From NCBI GenBank assembly GCA_951406725.2, contig OX597819.1, forward strand, positions 7,440,001 through 7,504,000: a stretch of 64,000 nt of DNA. The letters run 5' to 3'. Below, in pieces: positions 37,613 to 50,535 of this stretch. A program made the position numbers and the translations under genes. Position 1 is the first letter of the stretch; every line of letters begins with the position of its first letter. Source of the stretch: Octopus vulgaris (taxonomy: Eukaryota). The notes below the pieces were generated by a model, which worked only from the letters and a program-made list of their open reading frames with translations, did not search any database and was not told the DNA's origin.

Positions 37613-38232
37613 AGAATTTTTTTAAACGTCAAATGACTATAAGGGTCCATTTGAGTAAAATAGATAAAAAATGGTTTAGAATTACTGCCCTAGTCCAGTG
37701 ATAGAAGCAAGTAAAAGATTTTAAAAAGTCACAAAGTTTGTATTTTGGTAACTTCTTCATCTTATATGATAGGCATTGACAATTGTAGACTCTACTTCAG
37801 AAGGAATGTCAACTGTTGAAACACAATATCATCTCCCATTGTTGCTGTCTGAAATTTACAGATGCATCGAGTGACATATTTCTCAACTACCGTTGTTCCA
37901 ACATCCTTCACCCAAGGGATGTTATATATGCTTTCAAAGACTTTTTTTGTATTACTTTTGTAAGCATATTGAACTTGCATTATCAGGTTCCATTACGAAA
38001 ATGATGCAAACATTTATTTATATACATTCAGTGTCATTTTTATAGCAACAACTAAGCTTCAGTGAATCTATTAATCTACTTGTATTTTAAGTGTGAACAT
38101 GGTCGATTTGTTAATATATTGAACAATTTTAAGAATACTTTTTTAAAAATTATACATACATACAGGTATGTCATATTTTGTTTGTTGTCTTTTTATTTAA
38201 TCCTGAAAAAAAAAAAAATGTATATATATATA

Positions 38233-38633
38233 GGCGCAGGAGTGGCTGTGTGGTAAGTAGCTTGCTAACCAACCACATGGTTCCGGGTTCAGTCCCACTG
38301 CGTGGCATCTTGGGCAAGTGTCTTCTGCTATAGCTCCGGGCCGACCAATGCCTTGTGAGTGGATTTGGTAGACGGAAACTGAAAGAAGCCCGTCGTATAT
38401 GTGTGTATATATATATATATGCATGTGTGTGTTTGTGTGTCTGTGTTTGTCCCCCTAGCAATGCTTGACAACCGATGCTGGTGTGTTTATGTCCCCGTTA
38501 CTTAGCAGTTCGATAAAAGAGACCGATAGAATAAGTACTAGGCTTACAAAGAATAAGTCCCGGGGTCGATTTGCTCGACTAAAGGTGGTGCTCCAGCATG
38601 GCCGCAGTCAAATAACTGAAACAAGTAAAAGAG
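38233..38633 (+). mobile_element. SINE family A
   Basis: Full length. Confidence 0.95.
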
Positions 38634-39200
38634 AATATATATATACTCATTCACTCACAAACGCACTTACTCCCCACCCCCACAAAAACGGTCAAAATAA
38701 ATAAAGATATTCAGTGAAATATTTATCAACAGTCCTAATTTTCTGTGTTAATAATTCTCATAGCTAGAAGAAATAATTCATCTGAATTAAAATGATTTTG
38801 TCGTGTGTTCCCAGAGTGACTTCATCTATTACAATTCTTGCTCAGGAAGAGGTGTTACATATTTGTGCTAAATATAAAGTCTCTTGATCATCTGCAGGAA
38901 ATAGTAAATGTGTTTATTTTCAAATGGTGTGGGCAGTAGGTCGGTCTGAGTGGGTGGCCTTCGAATGATTTGGTACTGAAATACCAGTAATTTGGAAACA
39001 CTAGAAAATGAGGGTGAGAAAATATTTCTTAGAAGTACATTTTAAAGCAAATTATTTAAGAAGATTACCATTTGCAAACTTCTTATATTGAATCGTAAAG
39101 TGTTTTTCAAATGATATATAATGGGAGTGGGCTTGACTGTGTGATTAAGAAGTTTGTTTCACAACTATGTTTCCTGGTGTGATCTCACTGTGTGGCACTT

Positions 39201-39423
39201 TAAACCTTTAGCATTTAGATTTCTCTGTCAAATTCAATATTTATTAATTTGCAGTTTTAAGTTAATTATGCATTATCTTGTAATTTTGAGATGCCAGTGA
39301 TATGAGTATGTATTTTTAGAATGACATTTTAAGGTAGATGTAAGATTTTGACAGTTTGAACATAAAACTAACTGGTAGGATATTTGGGCTGGATATGGCC
39401 AGTTTTAAATACTAAAAAGTTAA
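39201..39423. mobile_element. TTAA MITE family 2, diverged
   Basis: Body matches 32478-32706. Confidence 0.75.
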
Positions 39424-39457
39424 GCAAAAGTCTTAGTAAGTATCTCATTTATTTCTT

Positions 39458-39526
39458 TTACCACATGTATCACTGACGAAGAGAGGGCTCTTAGTAGCTA
39501 ACTCTGAAATCAGTCCGATATGGTAA
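39458..39526 (+). ncRNA. type I hammerhead ribozyme motif, canonical core
   Basis: ttacca-catg-tatca-CTGACGA-agag..ctct-GAAA-tcag-TC-cgata-tggtaa. Confidence 0.7.
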
Positions 39527-39835
39527 TAATGGAATTTTTTACAAATTTCTGTCGACCTTTTTTCGAGTAGCGTGCGTATTGTGAAAACATTATATGGTTA
39601 ATGGACAATATGTCCAATTTTTCGGCATATTTGGCATTAGAAATTTTTTCTTTGGAATAGAAAAAAATGTCTATCTTTATTTATTCTTTTGCTGGTGTCT
39701 CAAACTTAGGTTAAATCAGTGTTTCTCAAAGGAGAGGCCTAGGGAATGGTCGGACAAGTTGTTTTTAGAAAATTTGGTTTAAATGTTTGACAACTCTGCA
39801 CCGTCCATTGGACGGTGGGGGGAGGGGGCATTTTG

Positions 39836-39878
<43 letters not shown>

Positions 39879-40667
39879 ATATATATATATATATATAATA
39901 TATTTATTTGTTTCTTTATCAATAACAATGGTGAGTTTATTTTGCCTGTTGCCAGTATCCTGTATCTCTCAGTAAGCTACTTAATTCTGTTTACCTCTTC
40001 TCAACATGTATTAGCTAAAATGAAATGGCAACACAAACCTATTTTATCTGCAGGTGTTTCTTTCGTTGGGTATTGGGACATTAAACTCAATTCTTTGTGC
40101 CTTGCTTCATATACCGAATAAAGTGTCAGTTTATTTGGGAATGTTATATGAGACAGCTTGGCAATCTTATCCACTGAAAACATGAAACCACATTGAGCAT
40201 TGACCTTTAAAAGCCCACCAGAGACATTTTATACTTTGATGAAATGTTATAAGGGAGATCTTTTCAAGAATGTTACCTTTAACAGATATTAGCATTCTAC
40301 CCAGGATTTGTTAACTTCCTATACCTATTAATATTACAGAAATGGGTATTGAGTGACTGGTCTATCTACAACCTATACCTTGTTGGATGTTACATGATAT
40401 CTTTTGTTTTGACCAGGCTAATTATTCTAGAAAAATCTAGTTGATTATAATATATGGCCTGTGGATATCAATTCTTTAACCCTTTAATATATTGTATACC
40501 TCCAGCTCCTTTATTTATAATTGAACTAATCACATATTTTTTGTATTCACTGAAGCCACACAATTCACATGGCTAGTGTGAATCTTCAGCTTACCTTCTT
40601 ACATCCCAGTCCGTTAAAGTTTCAACTTAAATGTCATAGTTCTATTGCTGTGGCATTTTTGTATATA

Positions 40668-40895
40668 TTAACCCTTTCGTTACTGTATTTATTTTGAGAT
40701 GCTCTCTGTTTCTTTCAATTACTTTAAATATAACAAAGAATTTAGTAAAATAACTTAGTTATAATTAAGCTAGTGTTAAGCATATAAATTGTGACTAAGG
40801 TTTAGTGGAAGATATTAATATAAAACTTATGAAAACAAGACATTTGTACTCAGAGCCAGAGCCGTTTTCAGCCAGGTTGGTAACGAAAGTGTTAA
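40668..40895. mobile_element. TTAA MITE family 1
   Basis: Both termini. Confidence 0.9.
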
Positions 40896-41104
40896 AGTTA
40901 CAGATAATTAAGCATAAGGCAAAATTTGAAAAATTGTAGATGGGGCTTTTATTTTAAGACTAAACTATAAAAAAAGCAAAAATGAAAATAAAATCCTAGA
41001 ACATCTTTGTTTGCCAGTTCAAAAATCTAAAATACTTTAAACTTAAAAGGCTACATACATAAAGTAACTTAACAAATGACTATTTTAAAAGAAATAAACT
41101 CAGA

Positions 41105-41334
41105 TTAACTCTTTCATTACTGGATTTATTTTGAGATGCTCTGTGTTTCTTTCAATTAATTTTAAATATAACAAAGAATTTAGTAAAATAACTTAGTTAT
41201 CATTAATCTAGTGTTAGGAACATAAATTGTGACTAAGGTTTGGTGGAAGATTTTAATTCAAAACTTATGAAAACAAGACATTTGTATTACAGAACCAGAG
41301 CCGGTTTCAGCCGGGTTGGTAACAAAAGGGTTAA
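41105..41334. mobile_element. TTAA MITE family 1
   Basis: Both termini. Confidence 0.9.
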
Positions 41335-41552
41335 AGGGGTTGCTGAAAAGTTCCTGGCTTTAGGGGTATCACGAAAGGCCTAGTTGGAGGCCAAACCTTC
41401 CAAGTTCTTTTACAAGGCTTAGTAAAATTGAAGGACTGCTACAATAAACGTGTGTATCTGAGGGTTAGGGAATATGTTGAATAAAATCATAATTAACTGA
41501 TTCTCCTGTATTTTCTTGTACTCAAAGCCAGGAACTTTTCAGCACTTCCTTA
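41334..41552. mobile_element. mariner-type MITE
   Basis: TIR tgctgaaaagttcctggcttt / aaagccaggaacttttcagca with TA flanks. Confidence 0.85.
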
Positions 41553-42599
41553 TATATAACCCTTATTCTTTGAGGTTAAAGCATTGTTTGAATATAAAAT
41601 TCCAGTAAATATAGTAGGAAGATTATATGAAATAGAATAAAAACTCTCTTGTTCAGGATTAAAAAGTTTAGCCCTAAAAAATTTATTAAAGAAACATTGT
41701 ATCTATTGAATAGGTGTTAAATAGAAAAATTTGAATATAAAATTTATGAACATTTGGTTCTTAGAGACAGAATAATGTTTGTTGTATCCTAAAATGTGAT
41801 GAGATTATTTTAAAATTAGTATCTGTGAAATTGGAAATTTTAACATGTTCTATATTACATTTGGAGTTGGTATATTTTTTTTACTAGTTCTAGTAATCCA
41901 ATAATAAATCCTTCTGGCTGCAATTTTTCAACTCCACGGCCTTGATTATTCGGTATAAATTCCTTTAGATAAATGAAAGGCAAAGCTGGTCTTGTTAGAA
42001 TTTGAGCCCAGACTGATACTGAACTAGATTCACCCATAAAAAAAAATATCTGACATTCCACTCTCTTGCCAATGTTTCACAGCTTTAAGGATAGGTTAAC
42101 TATGTTATTTGCTATAAATGGAATTTGAGGGTATGTTTGGTGCTGTAGAAATGTCATTTTTCTTTTCTTCTTTTTCATTATAGAGATAACTCTCTTAGTT
42201 TGCCTTAACATCATACATTAATTAGTTTGACTTGTGTTAGTTTCCAACTGTTATTTGATACTAATCTATGTGTTTATATAATAAACCTATTACATATTTC
42301 ATTTTTATATGGAATGGATTTAAATAACAAAATTGTTGGATTTTGTTTTTTTTTTTTTTGGTGTGTGGACACATTGAGCTTATATATTAATTTCTTATTT
42401 TCATCATTATTTAATGTTTATGTCCCATACTGAAATGGCCTGGGTGGTATGACAGGAACTGATGTGATCCAGGACTGCATCAGTCGCCAATGTCTGCTTT
42501 GGCATGTATATCAGAAAGAAATTCTGAAGTATTTTTGTTTGTGCTTCAACTTAAAACATTGTTTAAAAACAAAAAAAAAAAAAACTGCATGAGGCTAAT

Positions 42600-43459
42600 G
42601 TTTAAATGTTGCATGAAGAAGTGTTGACCACTTAAAGTGGAGGTAAGTTATGGAAGAGAGACATCTAGGAAGACCTGAGATGAAGTATTGAAGACTGATC
42701 TCAAAACGCTGGGCGTTACAAAGATGACAGAAGACTGAGCTATGTGGTGCATTGCTGTTCTCAAGAAGACCTGCACACCACAACAAAATTGATATCCTAA
42801 AACCAAGGTGCTACATAGTGGAGGTGCAATGGCCCAGTGGTTAGGGCAGTGGACTCGCAGTCATAGGATCGTGGTTTCAATTCCCAGACTGGGCGTTGTG
42901 AGTGTTTATTAAGCGAAAACACCTAAAAGCTCCACGAGGCTCCGGCAGGGGATGGTGGTGATCCCTGCTGTACTCTTTCACCACAACTTTCTCTCACTCT
43001 TACTTCCTGTTTCTGTTGTACCTGTATTTCAAGGGGCCGGCCTTGTCACTCTCTGTGTCACGCTGAATATCCCCGAGAACTACGTTAAGGGTGCACGTGT
43101 CTGTGGAGTGCTCAGCCACTTACACATTAATTTCACGAGCAGGCTGTTCCGTTGATTCGGATCAACCGGAACCCTCGTCGTCGTAACCGACGAAGTGCTT
43201 CCATCCACATAAAAAGCACTGGTGCTGGTGCTACACAAAATGTACTGGTACTGGTGCCACATAAAAGGCACTGGTGATGGTTCCACATAAAAACCACCCA
43301 GTACACTCTGTAAAGTGGTTGGCATCAGGAAGGGCATCCAGCCATAGAAACCATAACAAACTATGGGACCTGTTGCGGCTCCTGGCCTGAGCAGCTCCTG
43401 TCAAGCTCTCCAACTCATGCCAGCATAGAAAATGGTTGTTAAATGTTAATGATGATGAT
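42600..43459 (+). mobile_element. old RTE 3' end, interrupted by SINE B
   Basis: Remnant similar to GRGRPRKTWDEV..DLKTLG; diverged tail at 43205-43459. Confidence 0.7.
42820..43202 (+). mobile_element. SINE family B
   Basis: Matches 20899-21280 with CpG decay. Confidence 0.93.
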
Positions 43460-43611
43460 CTGTGAAATTTCTTGCTTAGACTGGTTTCTTGCTGTGAAGA
43501 TGTTTAGAAGACAGATGGGTGTATAGCAATAGTTTCATTAACCTCCTCCACAGGAAATAGCAATTCATGTTAAACTAAATAACTGTAAAGCAATCTCACT
43601 CAGATTGATGT

Positions 43612-44110
43612 AACAGTTGCTCATTTGTATGCATCATGCATATTTGACATCATTGTGTAGGTGTTTGTATTTCTGAGAAAAATACCAAATTGCTGGTTGT
43701 GGTTTCCTATTTTCTTTTCTCTTTTTGTTAGGCAAGGTCTGTATTTATATATGATTATGAATTCAAAAGTTGATATATTTTAATTCATAGTAACCTGTTT
43801 TTAATATATTTTGAAAGGTTTTTAATAAATACAGTTGTTGGACAATAGAAATCAAAATATACTGGCAGTATAAACTAGTGTGGGAGTAGGTGTTAAATTT
43901 CTTAAGGGATTTGATGTCAAAAATTATAAAATGCACCATATTTTGTACTGATACTTTTTGTCATTTATCAACTTGATTGGCATTCTCTCTTCAGTACATT
44001 TTTTGTCTTTATTTCATAGAATTTATTATAGTTATTAAATTGGAAGAAATAAATGTTAACTTCATCGGTCTGCTCTAAGTTGATGCTTCAAGTCCTCTGT
44101 TTCTTCCATG
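43612..44110 (+). repeat. local duplication copy 1 (order A-B)
   Basis: A 43612-43925 matches 47784-48096; B 43956-44110 matches 47278-47357 plus 47708-47782. Confidence 0.85.
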
Positions 44111-44117
44111 TAATCCG

Positions 44118-44688
44118 ATCATCATCATCATCATCGTTTAGTGTCCGCTTTCCATGCTGGCATGAATGAGTTGGATGGTGCAACTGGGGTCTGGGAAGCC
44201 AGAAGGCTGCACCAGGCCCAGTCTGATCTGGCACTGTCTCTACGGCTGGATGCCCTTCCTAACGCCAACCACTCCATGAGTGTAGTGGGTGCTTTTTACG
44301 TGCCACCGGCACAGGTGCCAGATAAGGCTGACAAACGGCCACGGTCGGATGGTGCTTTTTACGTGCCACCGGCACAGGTGCCAGATAAGGCTGACAAACG
44401 GCCACGGTCGGATGGTGCTTTTTACGTGCCACCGGCACAGGTGCCAGATAAGGCTGACAAACGGCCACGGTCGGATGGTGCTTTTTACGTGCCACCGGCA
44501 CAGGTGCCAGATAAGGCTGACAAACGGCCACGGTCGGATGGTGCTTTTTACGTGCCACCGGCACAGGTGCCAGATAAGGCTGACAAACGGCCACGGTCGG
44601 ATGGTGCTTTTTACGTGCCACCGGCACAGGTGCCAGATGAGGCTGACAAATGGCCACAGTCGGATGGTGCTTTTTACGTGCCACTGGC
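44118..44688 (-). mobile_element. RTE 3'-tail element with 63-bp minisatellite
   Basis: About 6.3 near-identical 63-bp units at 44288-44687. Confidence 0.93.
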
Positions 44689-45148
44689 AAACAATGGAAT
44701 TCTAGGGAAAGCTGCAAAATTTTAACAAATCAGTATATCATAGATTCTGTTTTAAATGGAAACACACATCATTTAATGAAAGATATGCAAGTTTTTTTCT
44801 TCTTGGTTAGTCAGATCAGTCCTGATTGAGTAAATCTGATGAAGTGTTCTGGTCATCTTTAAGAAAATTTTTTCAGCTACAGTTTAGTTATGATACATTA
44901 TTCAAAGCTTTTTTTTTCTCTTAAGACTGTAGAGTATAATTTTAGATTTGACTGCTATTTCTAGTAGGTTATGCAATCGCTCCTTCAACTCATAGGTGGT
45001 TTCTAGTGCTACATATTGCAATTCAGAAAGCAGCAGCTACCAAAACAGATCAAACTTGGTGATATCAATTAAAAATGGAATCTAATAATTTCATATTTAT
45101 TCTTTCTATATGTTATTCTCATTGGGTCAGTTTTGCATAGGAATAAGT

Positions 45149-45510
45149 TCATCATCATCATCGTTTAGCGTCCGCTTTCCATGCTGGCATGGGTTGGACG
45201 GTGCAACTGGGGTCTGGGAAGCCAGAAGGCTGCACCAGGCCAGTCTGATCTGGCAGTGTCTCTACGGCTGGATGCCCTTCCTAATGCCAACCACTCCATG
45301 AGTGTAGTGGATGCTTTTTATGTGCCACCTGCACAGGTGCCAGACAAGTCTGGCAAACGGCCACAGTCGGATGGTGCTTTTTATGTGCCACAGGCATGGA
45401 AGCCAGTCAGGGCGGCACTGGCAACAGCCACGTTCGGATGGTTCTCTTATGTGCCACCAGCACTGATGTCACAGCGGCAATTTCCATTCTTGATCGATCG
45501 ATTTTGATTT
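45149..45510 (-). mobile_element. RTE 3'-tail element
   Basis: Family match. Confidence 0.9.
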
Positions 45511-45885
45511 TTGATTTTTTCATTTTGTTAGTTCTAATTGAGTAGACTCATGTTCAAAGACAGACTTTTTGTGTGTTTTTGACTATATTACCTAAACATA
45601 GCCTTACTTTTTTTTCAAGATAGTAGGTTGTGATTTGAGCTGCTATGTCTAGCAGATTGAGCAGCTGTATAGATGATCCTTTAATAGCTCATATAATTGC
45701 TGAATTGGTTGTGCTAACAAAAATGGAATTTTCAATCTGGAACATTCAGAAAACAAAAACAAAATAACATTTACATGTTAATACATGAATTAGTTACATA
45801 AATTTTCCATGAACCCTACGTTTATTATTTATTTGTGCATTTCAGACATGGAGCAGTCAGCTGCCCTCTGTTCTGCATTTCATTA

Positions 45886-46304
45886 ATACCTATTTCTTTA
45901 CTACCCACAAGGGGCTAAACACAGAGGGGACAAACAAGGACAGACATAGGTATTAAGTCGATTACATTGACCCCAGTGCGTAATTGGTACTTAATTAATC
46001 GACCCCGAAAGGATGAAAGGCAAAGTCAACCTCGGCGGAATTTGAACTCACAACGTAACGCAGACGAAATACCTATTTCTTTATTACCCACATGGGGCTA
46101 AACATAGAGGGGACAAACAAGGACAGACATAGGTATTAAGTCGATTACATCGACCCCAGTGCATAATTGGTACTTAATTAATCGACCCCGAAAGGATGAA
46201 AGGCAAAGTCAACCTCGGCGGAATTTGAACTCCCAACATAACGACAGGCGAAATACCGCTAAGCATTTCGCCTGGCATGCTAACAATTCTGCCAGCTTGC
46301 CGCC
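45886..46304 (-). mobile_element. tandem dimer of SINE family C
   Basis: Two head-to-tail copies joined at gacgaaatac/aatacctatttc near 46065-46080. Confidence 0.9.
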
Positions 46305-46869
46305 TTTTATAATTTCATTAATACCATATAGTGTTTTAGTCTCTTTTGTTTTATATGCTTGGATTTGAAATGTTAATAATTTAATGTAGTTGCTGTTGAG
46401 GCCATGAAACGGAAAGGGTTAACCAACTGACAATAGAGATTTACATATAGGTAATAGCCGTTATTAGACTTGATAGCTTTTAAAGGTCATTCAAAGTATG
46501 CCAAGAAAATTACTCATTACATCGTAGACATTGTAATAAACTTCTTGTGGTCAAATATGTTTCACTTGTGTAGTAGTCATTACAAATTTGTAATTTCAAG
46601 TACTTAATCATACAATAAAACTTTAAAGAGGAGCACTCATCTTTCTTTGTGACTAAACTCAAGATTCTTTGATGAGACTTTATAATAAATTGATATGATT
46701 GTCAGGAAATACGTCTTCTTTCCATTACTTATATTTTAATGCAATAGAAACATGTATAAGTGTAATTTAAATGTTTTATTTATAGAAAGAGGAAATATTC
46801 AGTTTACAATTACACAGGTCTTTTTAACTCTTTTGTGATGACATTTTTAGTGAAATACACTGTATATAT

Positions 46870-47253
46870 CAGAAATACTAAATTTCTAAATCTCTCGTAG
46901 AGACATGTACGGTGGTGGGGCGATAGAATGGTTGTATACTGTCATTCTAACACAAACGTAACAGTAGGGGGTACACCACCGCTGTTTAGCCCTAGGAAGC
47001 ATTGACGCCTCCTGATGGCTTTGACACATTTTTCCTGTGTCCTTATATACATTTACGAAGGGGAGACAAACACTCCCAGCCGCCCAGGGCTGCATCTAGG
47101 GACACGTGTTTCAGGATGATTGTCCTTCGTCGGTATATAATGACACAGGAAAAATGTGTCAAAGCCATCAGGAGTCGTCGATGCTTCCTAGGGCTAAACA
47201 GTGGTGGTGTACCCCCTACTGTCACGTTCGTGTTAGATTGACAGTATACAACC
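46870..47253. mobile_element. Penelope-derived fold-back element
   Basis: ~130-bp inverted arms 46929-47061 / 47124-47254; 13-bp TSD acactgtatatat at 46857 and 47254; hammerhead core on - strand. Confidence 0.75.
47101..47140 (-). ncRNA. hammerhead core lacking local stem I
   Basis: CCGACGA-agga-caatca-tcct-GAAA-cacgtg-TC with palindromic stem III. Confidence 0.5.
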
Positions 47254-47277
47254 ACACTGTATATATTTTTCAATTAA

Positions 47278-48096
47278 TTTTGCCATTTATCTACTTGATT
47301 GGCATTCTCTTTCAGTACCTTTTTTGTCTTTATTTATTTCATAAAACGTATATACAGGTGTGATCGATGCCAGTGCTGCCCGACTGGCTCCTGTGGTGGT
47401 GGCACGTAGAAAGCGCCGTTCAAGTGTGGCTGATGTCAGTGCTGCCTGACTAACTCCTGTGCTGGTGGCATGTAAAAAGCAACATTTGAGTGTCAATGCC
47501 AGTGTTGTCTTTGTGCTGGTGGCACGTAAAAAGCACCCACTACACTCTTGGAGTGGTTGGCATTAGGAAGGGCATCCAGCTGTAGAAACCTTGCAAGACC
47601 AGATTGGATCCTGGTGCAGCTTCCTGGCTTGCTAGTCCTCAGTCAAACTGTCCAATCCATGCCAGCATGGAAAGTGGACGTTAGACAATGATGATGATGA
47701 GGATGATGATTAAACTGGAAGAAGTAAATGTTTCATCGGTCTGCTCTAAGTTGATGCTTCAAGTCATCTGTTTCTTTCAATGAAACAGTTGTGGATTTGT
47801 ATGCATCATGCATATTTGTCATCATTGTGTAGGTGTTTGTATTTCTGAGAAAAATACCAAATTGCTGGTTGTTTTCATTTTTCATTTTTTTCTTTTCTTA
47901 CCAGGTCTGTATTTATCTATGATTATGAATTCAAAAGTTGATATATTTTAATTCATTGTTTTTAATATATTATGAGAGGTTTTCAATAAATACAGTTGTT
48001 GGACAATAGAAATCAATATATATTGGCAGTATAAACTAATGTGGGACCAAGTGTCAAAAGGTGTCAAATTTATTCTGGGAATTGATATCAAAAATT
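47278..48096 (+). repeat. local duplication copy 2 (order B-A)
   Basis: See copy 1; interrupted by an RTE-tail element. Confidence 0.85.
47362..47710 (+). mobile_element. RTE 3'-tail element, diverged
   Basis: Family match, (GAT)n tail. Confidence 0.85.
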
Positions 48097-49677
48097 TGAG
48101 ACCATTCAAAAATTTGGAAGGATTTCGTAAAAGCTAGCTTATTAAAGCTAGTGTTTGAAACTTTAACTTTTAAAAACAGTAATTCATAAAATTCTGATAA
48201 GTTTTTTTTTTAGATCAGATTTGAACTCTTTAAAATTGGCAGTTTCATGTCCAACACATTTTGTATGAAAATGACTCCTAGCTTCTTAATCTTAAGGTTT
48301 TACTTTCTGATGGATATAAGATCTGTTGCTGAGAGGGGACTGATTCCACTTGTACATGTATATGTAACATTTGAAACTGCTACAATTGATAGATACACTT
48401 TTTCTTTTAATAAAGGAATCTGACCTTATTGCCATGCAATGAGTATAGGGTAGTATTGAGGATGTTGGGACACCCATGATAGCAATTTGTATGAAAGTAG
48501 AATAGATAAAAAACACTTTTTAAAAAAAAGCAAAGCAATTTAGAGACATTGTGTCTGAAAAGAAAGACAGAATGGCTGTAGCTGGAATACTTTTGATTAC
48601 AATCTAGTTGATTAGAGCTGACTTGAGTAAAACAACATATATTAAAAAATGCAAATTTTATAAAGTATGTTAGCATAGAATATAAAAGTTGGGTTTAACG
48701 TGAGATCTATAATATATTTTTGTCCTAGAGATCTTTGAAATATTTCAGTTCGCCTAAATCTTGGGTAATTTATTAATATACATTTATTAGACATTATGGT
48801 TTGCTACTATTTCTACCCTATAACTATGTCCATTCTCTTTCGTATTATTTGTAAATGTTGTATATTGTCATTCATGATGGATTGAAAGAATTGGTGGAAT
48901 GTCAGACTACTACTCTATTTATATTCTGAGTGCAGTTCCCTCTGATATTGACTTTGCATCTTTCTAGCACTAATAAAAGTACCAGTGAAGTGATGTATCT
49001 AACTGTACTCCATACGCTTAATTGAAGATCTTGTATTTATGTTAAAAATCATTCATGGGATTTATTTTGCAAACCTAATATTTAACATATTCTCGTTTCA
49101 TCGGTGCTCCACTGTTAGAAATTGCTTTATATGTTTATGAAACTTTTTCATCTGAACCATAAAACCTTGTACTTGTTAATGGGCTTAAATGGAGATATCA
49201 GCTTTACAGCTTCTCTTTATATTTTCTGTGATAATGTTCATGGAAGCTCACTGATAATGTTTACTCAGTGACCTGACGACTTGGTTGGTTCTTTTAAACT
49301 TTTGGGTAGTTAATGTCAAATTTGAAGAGAAATGATATTTAGTACATAGATAACAATATAAATTTAGACATTTTATTTGGATTTTGACTGACTAATTAAC
49401 TTTACTGAATTCTCCTCAGATATTGCTCATAATGGTTTACATATGGTTTTGGTTCTGCTGTAAACTTTTCTCTTGTAATAACCCGTACAAAAAGCACTAA
49501 TGGCACTCAATCTCTTTTCTTGTTTCTAAGTAAATATAAAGCAATGTTTAGCTTTCTTTTGTAGTGTATGGGTTGGAGAGGATATCTAAATGTTGTTTAG
49601 ATGTATAATCAAAGACATTCCTGACCATCCTCCTTGTTTTGTATATCTGGGACTACTATAATCCAGTGTATCCTTCT

Positions 49678-49891
49678 TTAACCCTTTCGTTACTAAATTT
49701 ATTTTGAGATGCTCAGTGTTTCTTCCAATTATGTTAAATATAACAAAGAATTAAGTAAAATAACATCGTTATCATTAGGCTAGAGTTAGGGACATAAATT
49801 GTGACTAAGGTTTGGTGGAAGGTTTTAATTCAGAACTTTTGAAAACCAGACATTTGTACTAAATCAGCCAGGTTGGTAATGAAAGGGTTAA
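49678..49891. mobile_element. TTAA MITE family 1
   Basis: Both termini. Confidence 0.88.
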
Positions 49892-50191
49892 GGCAGTATG
49901 ATTTGAGGGAATCTGATTGCTGCTTTTGGCATGTTGAGTGATTGCATGCAGGCTCACTTGTTATTATGTTTTATCTAGATCATGTTTTAAAGATCATCTT
50001 TGTCAACAAGGGTAAATGATTCTTGGGGTTAAAATGTAGTTAAACAATCAATAGCCATAATGTTCACAGAAAGAGTTCTCTGGAGAATTTTGAAATCCAA
50101 GATGAAGACAATTATTTGGTTGAATTTCATAAACGGAAATCTGACGGCCTTTGACTCTGTTTCCCTTTTCTGATATTTGTAATCCATAGAT

Positions 50192-50410
50192 ACTCTTTTA
50201 CTCTTTTATTTGTTTCAGTCATTTGACTGCGGCCATGCTGGAGCACCGCCTTTAATCGAGCAACTCGACCCTGGGACTTATTCTTTGTAAGCCCAGTACT
50301 TATTCTATCGGTCTCTTTTGCCGAACCGCTAAGTAATGGGGACATAAACACACCAGCATCGATTATCAAGCAATGCTAGGGGGATAAACACAGACACACA
50401 AACACACACA

Positions 50411-50441
<31 letters not shown>

Positions 50442-50535
50442 GACGGGATTCTTTCAGTTTTCGTCTACCAAATCCACTCACAAGGCTTTGGTCAGCCTGA
50501 GGCTATAGTAGAAGACACTTGCCCAAGGTGCCAAG
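50192..50535 (-). mobile_element. SINE family A lacking head
   Basis: Family match. Confidence 0.9.

Noticed and set aside
44141-44725. 194-aa repetitive ORF and CRISPR-like periodicity
   Set aside because: Identical tandem 63-bp units with no unique spacers, inside an RTE tail.
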